DNA of 64,000 bases from Pontiella sp. (GCA_050290185.1 JBNKHE010000002.1:128001-192000), one strand, 5' to 3'. Shown: positions 37,688 through 47,782, counted from the first letter of the stretch. The notes: generated from the letters alone by a model not told the origin. Numbers and translations are program-made.

Positions 37688-38761
37688 CTAATGGTTGTGT
37701 CCGGCGTGCGGATCCATGCCGCTGGTGATCAGCTCGGCCTTCAGCGTGAATGCGCCGGCAGCGACATAGCGTTCGCCCGGCTCCAGCCCATGCGTGATCT
37801 CGATAAAGTGATCATCGGCCAATCCCGTTCCAACCGTCACCGGCTCGTAACCATGCTCATCCGGAACAAATACAGTCGGTTCTCCATCGATCATTTGAAC
37901 GGCAGCGCGTTCGATACGAACAACGACATCGGCCGTCTCCGTTGTGATACGCGCCCGGACAAAGACGCCAGGCGTAAAATCCTCCCCGGCGTCCTTTAGA
38001 ATGCAGCGAGCCGTAAACGTGCGCGTTTCATGCGAGACAATCGGACTGATGTATTTAACGACCGCTTGCGCGCTGTGCCCGTCGTGCGCGACGAACTCAA
38101 CCGGCATCCCTTTTTTGATTAAATGCTGGTACTGCGGAAAGATGTTGATGTCCGCCCAGACCGTCTCCAGATTGGCGACCTCATACAAAACCTTGCCCGC
38201 TTCGACGGTTTCTCCGACCGATAAATCCTTTGAAATGATGGCGCCGTCCAATGGGGCAGATACGCTATAGACTGCCAGCGTTTCGCGATTTTCCAACGAA
38301 GCCAGAAGATCTCCTTTTTTTACTTCATCGCCAATCTCGGCAAACACCTGGCGAACCACACTGTCATAACGAGGCGACACGCCGGCCATACGGTCACGGT
38401 TCAGCTTGATCTCTGCGGGAAAGACCGATGTCCTGCCGATTATTCCGGCGGAAGCCTCGTACACTTGGATGCCGACTTCGTCGGCCATGTCGCCATGGAC
38501 CTCAATCCCACCTTCCGTGCCGAGGTCGTGTTCTGCATGCTCATCGTGTTCCGCGTGATCCTCTGCAGTGGCCTCATGATTTTGCGGGTCCAGTTCCGCC
38601 TCCAGTCCGGCCAATTCGGGGAGCGAGAAGCCGGTTTCTCCGGAAGCGGCTTTTGCACGGCAGTCGGGACAATCGCAGGCAAGCGTTTCATTGGTGGCCT
38701 GCTGGGCAAAGGCATAGCCTCCCGCCAGTAGAAGTATTAAGAGAGTTGTTGTTGTTTTCAT
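37688..38761 (-). CDS. RND periplasmic adaptor (CzcB-like), His/Cys-rich
   Basis: IGDEVKKGDLL, VSAPLDG, TRTFTAR, GLEPGE; CDCPDC, HAEHDEHAEH, C-terminal HAGHNH. Confidence 0.92.
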   Translation of the reverse strand: MKTTTTLLILLLAGGYAFAQQATNETLACDCPDCRAKAASGETGFSLPELAGLEAELDPQNHEATAEDHAEHDEHAEHDLGTEGGIEVHGDMADEVGIQVYEASAGIIGRTSVFPAEIKLNRDRMAGVSPRYDSVVRQVFAEIGDEVKKGDLLASLENRETLAVYSVSAPLDGAIISKDLSVGETVEAGKVLYEVANLETVWADINIFPQYQHLIKKGMPVEFVAHDGHSAQAVVKYISPIVSHETRTFTARCILKDAGEDFTPGVFVRARITTETADVVVRIERAAVQMIDGEPTVFVPDEHGYEPVTVGTGLADDHFIEITHGLEPGERYVAAGAFTLKAELITSGMDPHAGHNH

Positions 38762-39969
38762 TTGGTTTCCTTCCTGAATTTCAAAAGTTCGGCTTTGAGG
38801 CGATGGGCTTCCAGCACGCTTTCGATGTAGCGTATGCGGATCCCGGCCAGATGCTGCTGAGCGGAAATCAGCTCGAGCCAGGAAAAACGGCCGGCCTCGT
38901 AGCCCTCGCGGCTGATAGCATAGGCCTGCTCCGCCTTGGGGAGCAGGTTGTCGCGGGTGAGATCGACCTCCACGACCGCCCCTTTATGGCGTTCGTTCAG
39001 GGTATCCAGCTCCTGCTGCAGCCGGCGACGGGCCTCAGCGCCAGCGGCCCGGACGGCATCGGCATGCATTACACCGGCGGCGTGTTCCGCACGGCCACGG
39101 CGATTGAAGCTCAACGGCATCGATGCGGATAGGAAAAACGTACTGACGTCATTGGCCGCCTCGCGTTTGTAGCCCGCTCCCAGCGTAATATCGGTGATAT
39201 CCTGCGCACGTGCCCGCTCCGCCTCAGCCCGAATCCGCTCCTCTTCCGCCTCGAAGCGCATCAGGGTAGGATAGCTGCGGTCCAGTGCCAAATCCGCATC
39301 GGTCCTCACGTCATAGTAGGGCCCTTCGACCAACGGGAGCTCTCTGGCGGGCATACCCAGCAATGAAGCCAGATCGGACTTGGCCGCCGCGAGATCGCCG
39401 AAGCAACACGTCTGCGACAGCACCGTCTCTTCGAGCGCAAGTTCGGCCTGCACCTTTTCAAGTTCCGACCCGGCGCCGGCTTCCAGCCGACGGTTTGCGA
39501 CTTCCACGAAGGCGCGCGCCAGCTCCATCTGCTCATCGCGCACCTTGCCGATCTCCTGCTGGGCCAGCAGTGCCATGAAGGCGTGACGCACCTCGGTATC
39601 AAGCTGCAACATCGTTTCGGCCACCGTAGCCCTAGACACGGTGACCGCAAGCTCGGCCGCCGCACGCTCTTTATGCCGCTTGCCGCCGAACTGAAACTCC
39701 TGCTTGATGCCGAGGTTGTATTCAGCGTCCCCGTACAGGTCCAGATCGCCGCCAACACCTTCGGCCTCAAAGCGCAGCAAGGGGTTGGACCACAATCCGG
39801 TTGCACCTACGGCAGCCTGGACGGCATTCTGCTCGAGACCGGCGGCGCGCAAGGCGGGTGAATGGGTGCGGGCAAGCGCAAGCGCCTGCTCCAAGGTTAA
39901 CGGCTGGTTGGTTTCGGCAAATCCGGCAACGGCCAGCAGGCCGTAGCACAACATGGCTAGGTGTTTCAT
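38758..39969 (-). CDS. TolC-family outer-membrane efflux protein (CzcC-like)
   Basis: LTLEQALALA..SPAL, NP, GGKR, GYEAGRFSWLELISAQ. Confidence 0.92.
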   Translation of the reverse strand: MKHLAMLCYGLLAVAGFAETNQPLTLEQALALARTHSPALRAAGLEQNAVQAAVGATGLWSNPLLRFEAEGVGGDLDLYGDAEYNLGIKQEFQFGGKRHKERAAAELAVTVSRATVAETMLQLDTEVRHAFMALLAQQEIGKVRDEQMELARAFVEVANRRLEAGAGSELEKVQAELALEETVLSQTCCFGDLAAAKSDLASLLGMPARELPLVEGPYYDVRTDADLALDRSYPTLMRFEAEEERIRAEAERARAQDITDITLGAGYKREAANDVSTFFLSASMPLSFNRRGRAEHAAGVMHADAVRAAGAEARRRLQQELDTLNERHKGAVVEVDLTRDNLLPKAEQAYAISREGYEAGRFSWLELISAQQHLAGIRIRYIESVLEAHRLKAELLKFRKETK

Positions 39970-40018
39970 AGGTACTCCTGATTAATGGTTCTTCGTGCGC
40001 GAGCGATACGAAGAAGCA

Positions 40019-40363
40019 TCAAGTCAGGAGTTGAACGGTCTTCAATGCAATCAATGTGTCCGAAGGCCTGGAAGTGGCAAGGACGCAGAATGACCGGGGT
40101 TCGGCCAGAATGAATAGCGGGACTTTCGAAAGCTGGAAACCGAAAGGGACACTCACACTGAGCGACCGAACCAACTCAACCTTCTGGTCGGAACATGGGA
40201 CTTCATCACAGGAGTGGCAATGGCATTCATGGTGGGCAAATGAACACAGCCCGGCTCCATGCATATCCTTATGCAAATGATCCGCGGCCGAAACGGTATG
40301 CAGGCACGGCCAGGTTGCCGCAACCCACACCATCAGCACCAGCGTGTACTTAAACCATTTCAT
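40019..40363 (-). CDS. Small His/Cys-rich exported protein heading the efflux operon
   Basis: Hydrophobic N-terminus, HLHKDMH, HHECHCHSC; first gene of the czcCBA-like operon. Confidence 0.65.
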   Translation of the reverse strand: MKWFKYTLVLMVWVAATWPCLHTVSAADHLHKDMHGAGLCSFAHHECHCHSCDEVPCSDQKVELVRSLSVSVPFGFQLSKVPLFILAEPRSFCVLATSRPSDTLIALKTVQLLT

Positions 40364-40398
40364 GAAAAATCAAAGACCCATTAGCATCGGACTCTGTT

Positions 40399-40436
40399 CA
40401 AAAAAAAACCGCCACGAGGTTTCGGGGCGGCTTTCA
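40399..40436 (-). terminator. Rho-independent terminator after rubredoxin
   Basis: Minus strand gccgccccga-aacc-tcgtggcggt plus T run. Confidence 0.7.
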
Positions 40437-40451
40437 GATTCCTGGCTGAAC

Positions 40452-40613
40452 CTAGCTGAGCGGGCTGAAGTCATCCTTGCCGACGCCGCATTCCGGGCAT
40501 TCCCAATCATCGGGGATGTCCTCAAAGGCAGTACCGGGGGCAATTCCACTATCGGGATCACCAACTTCGGGGTCATAGATCCAGCCACACACGTCGCAAA
40601 TATATTTTTTCAT
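40452..40613 (-). CDS. Rubredoxin (53 aa; not in the ORF track)
   Basis: [62 protein letters not shown]. Confidence 0.97.
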   Translation of the reverse strand: MKKYICDVCGWIYDPEVGDPDSGIAPGTAFEDIPDDWECPECGVGKDDFSPLS

Positions 40614-40693
40614 GGTCTACTCCTTGATTTAAAATTCCGGGAGATGATTCCGATATTTTATGGCTGCCGCAAGGGGATTTTTTCCTGAATTGC

Positions 40694-41884
40694 CTACTTG
40701 GAAAACTGTTCCGCGTACTTGCCCAGCATGCGGCCGGCCTCGCGACACTCGTCAAGGATCTCTTCTGAGGGCACATATTGGGAACGAAGCGGACCGCGCA
40801 TGAGCTCGATCTTCATCTCCTTCATCGCATCTTCAACGGCGGAGGCTCCGCCCCGCTTGCTCCATCCATAGGAACCAAAAGCGAAGCCCGCCTTGTTGGT
40901 CGGCCGAAGGCCCGACAGATAGGTGAGCACGCCGGCCATTTTCGGCATCAGCGAGTTGTTGAGCGTCGGTGTGCCAATGGCCAGGGCAGCGCAGTCGAGC
41001 ACCTCGGTTGCAATCGTCGTCGCATGGGTGGTATCGACGTTGTAGAAGCGAGCTTCGACATTACACTCATGGGCGCCCTCCAGGATGGCCTCGGCCATTT
41101 TTTCGGTGGCCTTCCACATGGTAGCGTAAAGTACAATGACTTTCGGGCGCGGCTTGCAGACCACATATTTCCGGTACGCCTCGAACACTTCCTTGAGATG
41201 GCTGCGCCAGATGACGCCGTGGCTCGGCGCAATCATTTCGATGTCCAGACCGGCAGCGCGATCCATGGTCTGCGCAATCGGGCGGCCATAAAGCATGACG
41301 ATGTTGGCATAGTAGGCTTTCGCCTCGTGCAGGATTACGTCGAGCGGCTCCTCGTCATCGAAGCGGAAGGCGGACGCATAATGCTGGCCGAATGCATCCA
41401 TCGAGAACAGCAGCTTGTCTTCCGGTACATAGGTGAACATTGATTCAGGCCAGTGCACCATCGGCGTATTGACAAACTGAAGCGTCCGTTTTCCGAGCGA
41501 AAGTGTATCGCCGTCTGCCACGACCTGCCATTTCCAGTTCGAGGTGTCGTAGTGCTTTTCAAGCGCATCCTTGCACTTGGCGTTGCAGACCATAACTGCG
41601 TTCGGGCAAGCTTCCATCGCGCCGGGCAATCCCCCGGAATGGTCGGGTTCGGCGTGGTTGCAGACGATGTAGTCAATGCTGTCCAGCGGAGCCAGGGCCT
41701 CGATATGTTCGAGATACTTATCCACAAACGGTGCCTTTACACCGTCGATCACCGCATTCTTTTCGTCGCGGATCAAATAGGCATTATACGTGGACCCGCT
41801 TTCCGTTTTGTATCCGTGAAAATCGCGTACGGTCCAATCGATGCAACCAACCCAGTCAATGCCTTCCTTCAAGGTGATATTCAT
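40694..41884 (-). CDS. fprA: Flavodiiron protein (FprA-family A-type flavoprotein)
   Basis: FHGY..GSTYNAYLI, NHAEPDHSG, MVHWPESM, DAFGQH, IAPSHG, GTPTLN, FGSYGW. Confidence 0.95.
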   Translation of the reverse strand: MNITLKEGIDWVGCIDWTVRDFHGYKTESGSTYNAYLIRDEKNAVIDGVKAPFVDKYLEHIEALAPLDSIDYIVCNHAEPDHSGGLPGAMEACPNAVMVCNAKCKDALEKHYDTSNWKWQVVADGDTLSLGKRTLQFVNTPMVHWPESMFTYVPEDKLLFSMDAFGQHYASAFRFDDEEPLDVILHEAKAYYANIVMLYGRPIAQTMDRAAGLDIEMIAPSHGVIWRSHLKEVFEAYRKYVVCKPRPKVIVLYATMWKATEKMAEAILEGAHECNVEARFYNVDTTHATTIATEVLDCAALAIGTPTLNNSLMPKMAGVLTYLSGLRPTNKAGFAFGSYGWSKRGGASAVEDAMKEMKIELMRGPLRSQYVPSEEILDECREAGRMLGKYAEQFSK

Positions 41885-41890
41885 AGCCTC

Positions 41891-42313
41891 TTACTTCCCC
41901 CATTTGGATTCTTCCGCCAGCACCGCCAGCGTCGTTCTATCAAAATAGTCGCGCACCTGCCTTGCCAACCCCGGCAGCAAGGTCCCCAGCACACAATCGG
42001 CACGAGGACACCTATCTTTACCAAAAAGGCAGGGATTGCAAAGCATGGAGCCCTCCATAACTTCATAAATCTCCAGCAATCTGATTTCAGCAGGATTCTT
42101 GGCAAGGCTCACGCCACCAGCAGGCCCCCTGAGTGACAAAATCAGGCCGGCCTTGGTCAACCGCTGGTGAACCTTGGCCAGATGATGCCGCGAAACATCG
42201 AACAGCTCGGCGATCTCGGCCGTAGTTGACTGCCCTTCCGGGTCGATGGCCAGGTGCACCATGGAGTGCAGCGCCAGCGCCGTTGCATCGGATAATTTAA
42301 TAATATCAGCCAT
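41891..42313 (-). CDS. Rrf2-family transcriptional regulator
   Basis: ALHSMVHLA, SLRGPAGG, IRLLEIYEVMEG, three-Cys cluster CLFGKDRCPRADC. Confidence 0.95.
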   Translation of the reverse strand: MADIIKLSDATALALHSMVHLAIDPEGQSTTAEIAELFDVSRHHLAKVHQRLTKAGLILSLRGPAGGVSLAKNPAEIRLLEIYEVMEGSMLCNPCLFGKDRCPRADCVLGTLLPGLARQVRDYFDRTTLAVLAEESKWGK

Positions 42314-42323
42314 GGTTCCTCAC

Positions 42324-42349
42324 TAAATAAGCAATGGCGTACCTATTTA
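42324..42349. promoter_or_regulatory. Candidate Rrf2 operator
   Basis: Imperfect palindrome TAAATAAGCAA-TGGC-GTACCTATTTA lying between a TTGCAC -35-like hexamer and the RBS. Confidence 0.5.
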
Positions 42350-42382
42350 CGCAATAACGCTGCACCGTGCAACCTAAACCTG

Positions 42383-42412
42383 AAAAAAAAAGCCCGGCGA
42401 ACATGGCCGGGC
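42383..42412 (-). terminator. Rho-independent terminator of aspC
   Basis: gcccggc stem followed by T9 on the minus strand. Confidence 0.8.
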
Positions 42413-42436
42413 CTCCCTTGAATCCGTGTAATCAGA

Positions 42437-43633
42437 TCAGGCGTTCAACGCTTCCGCAATCGAATCGCAGACATAATCGATATTGGCCGAAGTCAACCCG
42501 GCCACATTGATACGGCCGCCCTTGACGATGTAGATGGCCTTGTTTTCGCGAAGCCAGTTGACGACTTCGTCGGACAGGCCGCTAAACGAAAACATGCCGC
42601 GCTGTTCGGTAATGAAAGAAAAGTCCTGCCCCACACCCCGCGCCATCAATCCATCGACCAAGGTCTTGCGCATGGCTTTGATGCGTTCGCGCATTTCCGT
42701 GAGCTCCCCGATCCACAAATCGTAGAGTTTTGGGTCATTTAACACGGTTGCGGCCGTCTGCCCGCCGTGCGCAGGAGGATTGGAATAGTTGGTACGAACC
42801 ACGAGTTTTACCTGACTTGCGGCCACGGCAGCTTCTTCTGCTGTCGGACTGACGATCGTGAGAGCGCCGGTACGCTCGCAATAGAGCCCGAAATTCTTGG
42901 AGAACGAGCTCGCCACATAGAAGTCGATGCCGGCAGCTGCAAATTTTTCAACCGCACCACGGTCGGCCTCAAGGCTATCGCCAAAGCCCTGATAGGCGAA
43001 GTCGAGGAAAGGAGTCCAGCCCTTTTCGACAGCCACGGCAACCACGCGATCCCACTGCTCGTTCGAAAGGTCAACGCCGGTCGGATTGTGGCAACAGACA
43101 TGCATCAGCACGACGTCTCCCGCGGGTACGTTTTCCAGGCAGGCAATCATGCCTTCAAAATCGACCCCCCGGGTCTGCGCATTGTAATAGGGATAGTCGC
43201 CGATCGAAAAGCCGGAGGCTGTAAAGACGCCTTTGTGGTTGGCCCAGGTCGGTGTGCTGACCCATAGCGTTGCATCGGGCTTGAACCGGTGCAGCAGATC
43301 GCCACCGACACGCAACGCACCTGTTCCTCCCGGCGTTTGCAGGGTCACGGCGCGCCCCGACCCAATGACTTCACTATCCTCTCCGAACAGCAATTTCTGG
43401 ACATTGGCATTGTACGAAGGGTCTCCGGTCATCGGCAGATAGCCCTTCGTGGACTGCGTCTGCTCAAGCTCGCGTTCTGCAGCCTTGATGCATATCAGTA
43501 CAGGCGTCTGACCCTGATCGTCCTTGTAGACTCCGACTCCCAGATTGACCTTGTTGGGATTGCCGTCCTTCTTGAAGGCTTCCGTAAGCCCCAGAATGGC
43601 GTCGGCCGGAGCCGTTTCGACTTCTTTCCACAT
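42437..43633 (-). CDS. aspC: Aspartate/aromatic amino acid aminotransferase
   Basis: KVNLGVGVY, QTPGGTGALR, CCHNPTG, DFAYQGF, SFSKNFGLY, GRINVAG. Confidence 0.95.
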   Translation of the reverse strand: MWKEVETAPADAILGLTEAFKKDGNPNKVNLGVGVYKDDQGQTPVLICIKAAERELEQTQSTKGYLPMTGDPSYNANVQKLLFGEDSEVIGSGRAVTLQTPGGTGALRVGGDLLHRFKPDATLWVSTPTWANHKGVFTASGFSIGDYPYYNAQTRGVDFEGMIACLENVPAGDVVLMHVCCHNPTGVDLSNEQWDRVVAVAVEKGWTPFLDFAYQGFGDSLEADRGAVEKFAAAGIDFYVASSFSKNFGLYCERTGALTIVSPTAEEAAVAASQVKLVVRTNYSNPPAHGGQTAATVLNDPKLYDLWIGELTEMRERIKAMRKTLVDGLMARGVGQDFSFITEQRGMFSFSGLSDEVVNWLRENKAIYIVKGGRINVAGLTSANIDYVCDSIAEALNA

Positions 43634-43647
43634 AATCTTTACCTCTT

Positions 43648-44808
43648 TTATCCGAAATATTTTTGATACCAGCGGTTGATGGTGTCTTCCTGAACCTTAA
43701 CGATACCGATCTCGCGCAGCGCATTTTCCGGCGAATCCGAGGCATGGGCGGCATTGACCATGATATCGGTTCCGAATTCCTTGCGCACCGAGCCCGGCGC
43801 AGCCTTGCTCGGATCGGTTGGTCCCAGAATGGTGCGGATCTTTTCAACCGCATTCTCGCCGGCATAGACAAGCGTCATGCAACGCACCTTGCCTTCGGCG
43901 TTGACTTCGTCGCCATGGATATCCGGAGCCCACAGGCCCGTCATGAAATTCATGATGCTGTAAAACTGGTTGTCGCCAAAGGCCGGACCGAGGGTTCCGG
44001 ACAGCGAGTCCTTCACGCTGTCAGGCATCTCGAAACCAAACTCGTCCTTCAATACCTGACAGGCGCGGTCGACGGCCATACCACCGAGCTTGTCGCGCAG
44101 CACCGGTTGCACCGGCCCATAGAATTCCAGGGCTTCGGCGAGACTCATACGTAGCAGTTTTGCCCCGATCATCCTCAACCCGGAACGGGAAAAAATGTCC
44201 ACAATGTTGCCTGGGCGCGAATTCGGGAAGGTAAAGTTATCAGGCTTGATGATAACCAATGTCTTCTGGACATCCTTATCGTCCGCAAGGCGGATCGCAT
44301 TGTCCAGTACACCGCCGTCGGATTCCGAAAACTCCGCCCACAAACCAAGCGTGGCCTTCACAAACTCGGGGGTCGGTCCCGCCAGTACGGCCGGCTCGAA
44401 GTAGGTGACAGATCCGTCGTGCGCCTTGATATAGTCGCCATAGGTGCCGCGGATGGTATCCGCGCTTTCGATCGAATCCTCGAACCCCCCGATGGCATCG
44501 CGCAACTTGCGCACGGCGTCTTCTCCTTCGAAAAGAAGCATCAATACGCGATGCACCTGCCCGTCTTTCGTCGGAGCGAACTCCCGTTCGACATATTCCG
44601 GCAGAATTTCCCGGATCTCCGGCCAAATATCCTCACTCTTGCTAATCAGATCTGCATAGCGGGTTACTAGCTCCGCGCTCGGCCCAAACATACGCGCGGC
44701 CACAAGATCCAGCCCGGTTGTGCTCAACAGTCGCCCAAGCACGCCACCGGTGCGTGACTTTCTCAATGTATACGGGGTAATTAATACGTATCCAAGTTCC
44801 TTTGACAT
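43648..44808 (-). CDS. ndk: Double-domain nucleoside-diphosphate kinase
   Basis: Two Ndk-like halves; the C-half has TLVIIKPD, GPTDP..A.PGSVR..FG..NAAHASDS; the N-half has no HASD motif. Confidence 0.85.
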   Translation of the reverse strand: MSKELGYVLITPYTLRKSRTGGVLGRLLSTTGLDLVAARMFGPSAELVTRYADLISKSEDIWPEIREILPEYVEREFAPTKDGQVHRVLMLLFEGEDAVRKLRDAIGGFEDSIESADTIRGTYGDYIKAHDGSVTYFEPAVLAGPTPEFVKATLGLWAEFSESDGGVLDNAIRLADDKDVQKTLVIIKPDNFTFPNSRPGNIVDIFSRSGLRMIGAKLLRMSLAEALEFYGPVQPVLRDKLGGMAVDRACQVLKDEFGFEMPDSVKDSLSGTLGPAFGDNQFYSIMNFMTGLWAPDIHGDEVNAEGKVRCMTLVYAGENAVEKIRTILGPTDPSKAAPGSVRKEFGTDIMVNAAHASDSPENALREIGIVKVQEDTINRWYQKYFG

Positions 44809-44879
44809 TCTCATCCTCCTGAAGTATTGAATCTAAATACCTACACGCGATTGTTCGCACAACGTTGAAATGCGACTTT

Positions 44880-46187
44880 ATGGATACTCACTCCCAGCCA
44901 ACCCCACTCCCAGAGAAGGTTCTTCGCCGCCATTTTGAGCTGTTGAAGGAGCTTCTTCCCGATTTTAACCGTCTGGTCCTCGGCGAAGGACGGCCTGCCG
45001 ATACCCTGCTCAACCATTACCTGAGAAGCCACCGGGAACTCGGTTCCCGGGACAGACGCTTCCTCTCCCAGGCCATCTTTTCCTACTTTCGCTGGTATGG
45101 ATGGTCCGTCGGCAAGCTCGGTCTTGAGCCGGTTGAAGCCTGCCTGCTCGGCGCCATGCTCGACAGCATTGAACTACATCCAAGCTTCGCGTATATCCAG
45201 GCTCAATGCAAGGGGCCGGAAGGCATGATTCCCATTGGGAACCTGACCATCACGGAAAAGCGCGACGCGGTTGGCGAATGGTACAAGGATAGCCCTCAGT
45301 CTCAGCCCTTGGCTTTAGTGGACCTGCTCCCCTCCGACTTCGAAGAAGTGGTCGCCCCCCAGGCAATCAACCAGTGCATTGAGGAGTTTCAGCACCGCCC
45401 CCCGGCATGGATACGGTCCCGCACCGAAACATCCGAGCTCGTAAAAATACTTGCAGAACACAATATCCCTGCTCAGACGCACGGGCTTGCCACGTCGGCC
45501 ATATCCATCGAAAGTGGCGTCAGCCTCGCCCACGAACTCAAGGATCATACCGGCCAGTTTATCGTGCAGGATATCGCCTCGCAGTGCGTAGGACTCATCT
45601 GCGCGCCCTCGACAGGCCAGGACTGGTGGGACTGCTGTGCAGGTGCGGGGGGGAAAGCCCTCCACCTGATGGATCTGATGCAACCAGAAGGTAAGGTGCT
45701 GGCGACGGACGTCCGCATTGAGGCATTGAAAGAACTGAAAAAGCGCGCGCGACGCTACGGCATCCGCAATATCCGCACCCAACCCTTCAATGCTGCAACC
45801 GACGAACCCTTTACAAAAACCTTCGACGGTGTGCTCGTCGACGCTCCTTGTTCCGGATGGGGAACCTGGGCCCGGAATCCGGATGCACGCTGGCGCACCT
45901 CGCGGCGCGAGGTGATCCAGGCTGCGAACCGCCAGTTGAAAATCCTGAACAATGCCGTCTGGTGCGTGAAGCCCGGCGGTGCACTGGTCTATGCCGTCTG
46001 CACCCTTACCCGGCCCGAGACCGAGGAAGTGGTCATGAACTTCCTCGACCAGCACACCAACTTCAAGCTCGACCCCTTTGCCAACCCCCTCACCGGAGAG
46101 CAGACCAACGGGCAATTGCAGATCTGGCCGTGGGACGGCCCCGGCGACGCCATGTTCATCGCCCGCTTCATCCGCCAACGCGAGTAA
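44880..46187 (+). CDS. RsmB/NOP-family RNA m5C methyltransferase
   Basis: LGSRDRR, VQDIASQ, DCCAGAGGK, VLVDAPCSGWG, KPGGALVYAVCT..ETE. Confidence 0.93.
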   Translation: MDTHSQPTPLPEKVLRRHFELLKELLPDFNRLVLGEGRPADTLLNHYLRSHRELGSRDRRFLSQAIFSYFRWYGWSVGKLGLEPVEACLLGAMLDSIELHPSFAYIQAQCKGPEGMIPIGNLTITEKRDAVGEWYKDSPQSQPLALVDLLPSDFEEVVAPQAINQCIEEFQHRPPAWIRSRTETSELVKILAEHNIPAQTHGLATSAISIESGVSLAHELKDHTGQFIVQDIASQCVGLICAPSTGQDWWDCCAGAGGKALHLMDLMQPEGKVLATDVRIEALKELKKRARRYGIRNIRTQPFNAATDEPFTKTFDGVLVDAPCSGWGTWARNPDARWRTSRREVIQAANRQLKILNNAVWCVKPGGALVYAVCTLTRPETEEVVMNFLDQHTNFKLDPFANPLTGEQTNGQLQIWPWDGPGDAMFIARFIRQRE

Positions 46188-46310
46188 CCGCGCCGCCTCC
46201 TTGTCTCCTTAAATGCGGGCTTCGCCATCTTCGTCGGATGCCACGACAATATGGAAAACGGCCGATTTCCCATTTACAACAACCGCTGCATCTTTACAGG
46301 ACTTACAACC

Positions 46311-47327
46311 ATGAATATCCGTCATACCGCGTATGCGGTCCTTGCCCTCATTCCGTCGCTCGTCCTTGCGCAGCAAACCGAAATGCAGACATTGACCTCC
46401 GGCCGCCCGGACGGACATGCCCCCATCGGCGTGATGGGCGACCATACGCATGGAGCGGGCGAATACATGCTGTCCTACCGATACATGTTTATGGACATGC
46501 AGGGCAATCGCGACGGCACCGACCGCCTGAGCCAGCAGCAGGTGTTCGACGACGGGTTCATGGTGGCCCCCAGCCGCATGTCGATGCAGATGCACATGAT
46601 CGGAGCCATGTATGCGCCGACCGATAACCTGACGCTCATGGCCATGGTGCCCTACAAGCAGCTTTCGATGGATCTTCACACCAAGATGGGACAGGCCTTC
46701 TCCACCGGCTCGGAAGGGCTCGGCGACGTACGCGTGAGCGGCATGTTCCCGCTGCACAGCTGGGCACGCCAGCGGCTCCACTTCATCGCCGGACTCAGCC
46801 TGCCCACCGGCTCAATTACCGAGCGCGACAATACCCCGGCCGGTGCCAACCAGAAGCTCCCCTATCCCATGCAGCTCGGCTCCGGCACCGTCGATCTCCT
46901 GCCGGGCATCACCTATCTGGGCGAGAGTGACGACTGGTCGTGGGGATCGCAGCTCAACGGAACCATCCGGCTGGACCGCAACGACCAGGACTATTCACTC
47001 GGAGACCGCGCGGCACTCACCGCGTGGGGCGCACGCCGCTGGTGCCGCTGGTTGAGCACCTCCCTGCGCGTCGAAGGCCAGGCATGGGACGATATCGACG
47101 GCCACGACGCCGAGCTTAACCCCATGATGGTGCCCACGGCCGATCCGAACCTCCGCGGCGGCAAGGAGGCCAACGTATTCCTCGGGGCCAATTTCTACGG
47201 CCGCGATGGATGGATCAAGGGCCAGCGACTTGCACTTGAATGGGGAATCCCCTTCTACCAATCACTCAATGGTCCCCAGCTCGAAACCGACTGGCGGTTC
47301 ACCGCAGGATGGCAGTTCGCCTGGTAG
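46311..47327 (+). CDS. Outer-membrane beta-barrel transporter-like protein with His/Met-rich N-terminus
   Basis: Signal peptide, RPDGHAPIGVMGDHTH, MLSYRYMFMDM, GLGDV, GLSLPTG, PYPMQLGSGT, C-terminal WQFAW. Confidence 0.85.
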   Translation: MNIRHTAYAVLALIPSLVLAQQTEMQTLTSGRPDGHAPIGVMGDHTHGAGEYMLSYRYMFMDMQGNRDGTDRLSQQQVFDDGFMVAPSRMSMQMHMIGAMYAPTDNLTLMAMVPYKQLSMDLHTKMGQAFSTGSEGLGDVRVSGMFPLHSWARQRLHFIAGLSLPTGSITERDNTPAGANQKLPYPMQLGSGTVDLLPGITYLGESDDWSWGSQLNGTIRLDRNDQDYSLGDRAALTAWGARRWCRWLSTSLRVEGQAWDDIDGHDAELNPMMVPTADPNLRGGKEANVFLGANFYGRDGWIKGQRLALEWGIPFYQSLNGPQLETDWRFTAGWQFAW

Positions 47328-47370
47328 AATATTGCCTGCGGTAAACGCCGCAGCGTCCTTGCAGAGGAAC

Positions 47371-47688
47371 TCAAAGCAGCTCGCAATATTCAATATCGGA
47401 ACTGGAAAAGGCTGCATGATCGATGCGCAGGCGGATGGATTCTTCGGTGGGTGATGGCAGCAAAAGGGAATCCAGCACAAGCTTGCCTTCGATCTCGTGG
47501 TCCATGCCCATAAGCCGGACACATACATGCTGGTTGAGGGCGATGCCGAAGCGCCGGTTTAGGACCTGAATCGCCTGCTTCTGCTCGGATACATACTGGA
47601 ACCAGCCCTCTTCGCCGAGGTCACGCGGGAATTCGAGCAAGTCGTCCGACGCTAAGTTAAAATCAAGCTGGTTTCCACAATCATCCAT
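47371..47688 (-). CDS. Hypothetical protein
   Basis: Fills the gap and has protein-like composition; family not recognised. Confidence 0.55.
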   Translation of the reverse strand: MDDCGNQLDFNLASDDLLEFPRDLGEEGWFQYVSEQKQAIQVLNRRFGIALNQHVCVRLMGMDHEIEGKLVLDSLLLPSPTEESIRLRIDHAAFSSSDIEYCELL

Positions 47689-47782
47689 GTCGCGCAAGAT
47701 AAACCAAAAGACCCCCGTTTGAAAATTGGCTTTCCATTTTTTCCTTAGTCTGGGAGAAAGAGATCAACCACAGAGGAGTGTC

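Noticed and set aside
40370..40588. 72-aa minus-strand ORF
   Set aside because: Wrong frame; the real gene here is the 53-aa rubredoxin.
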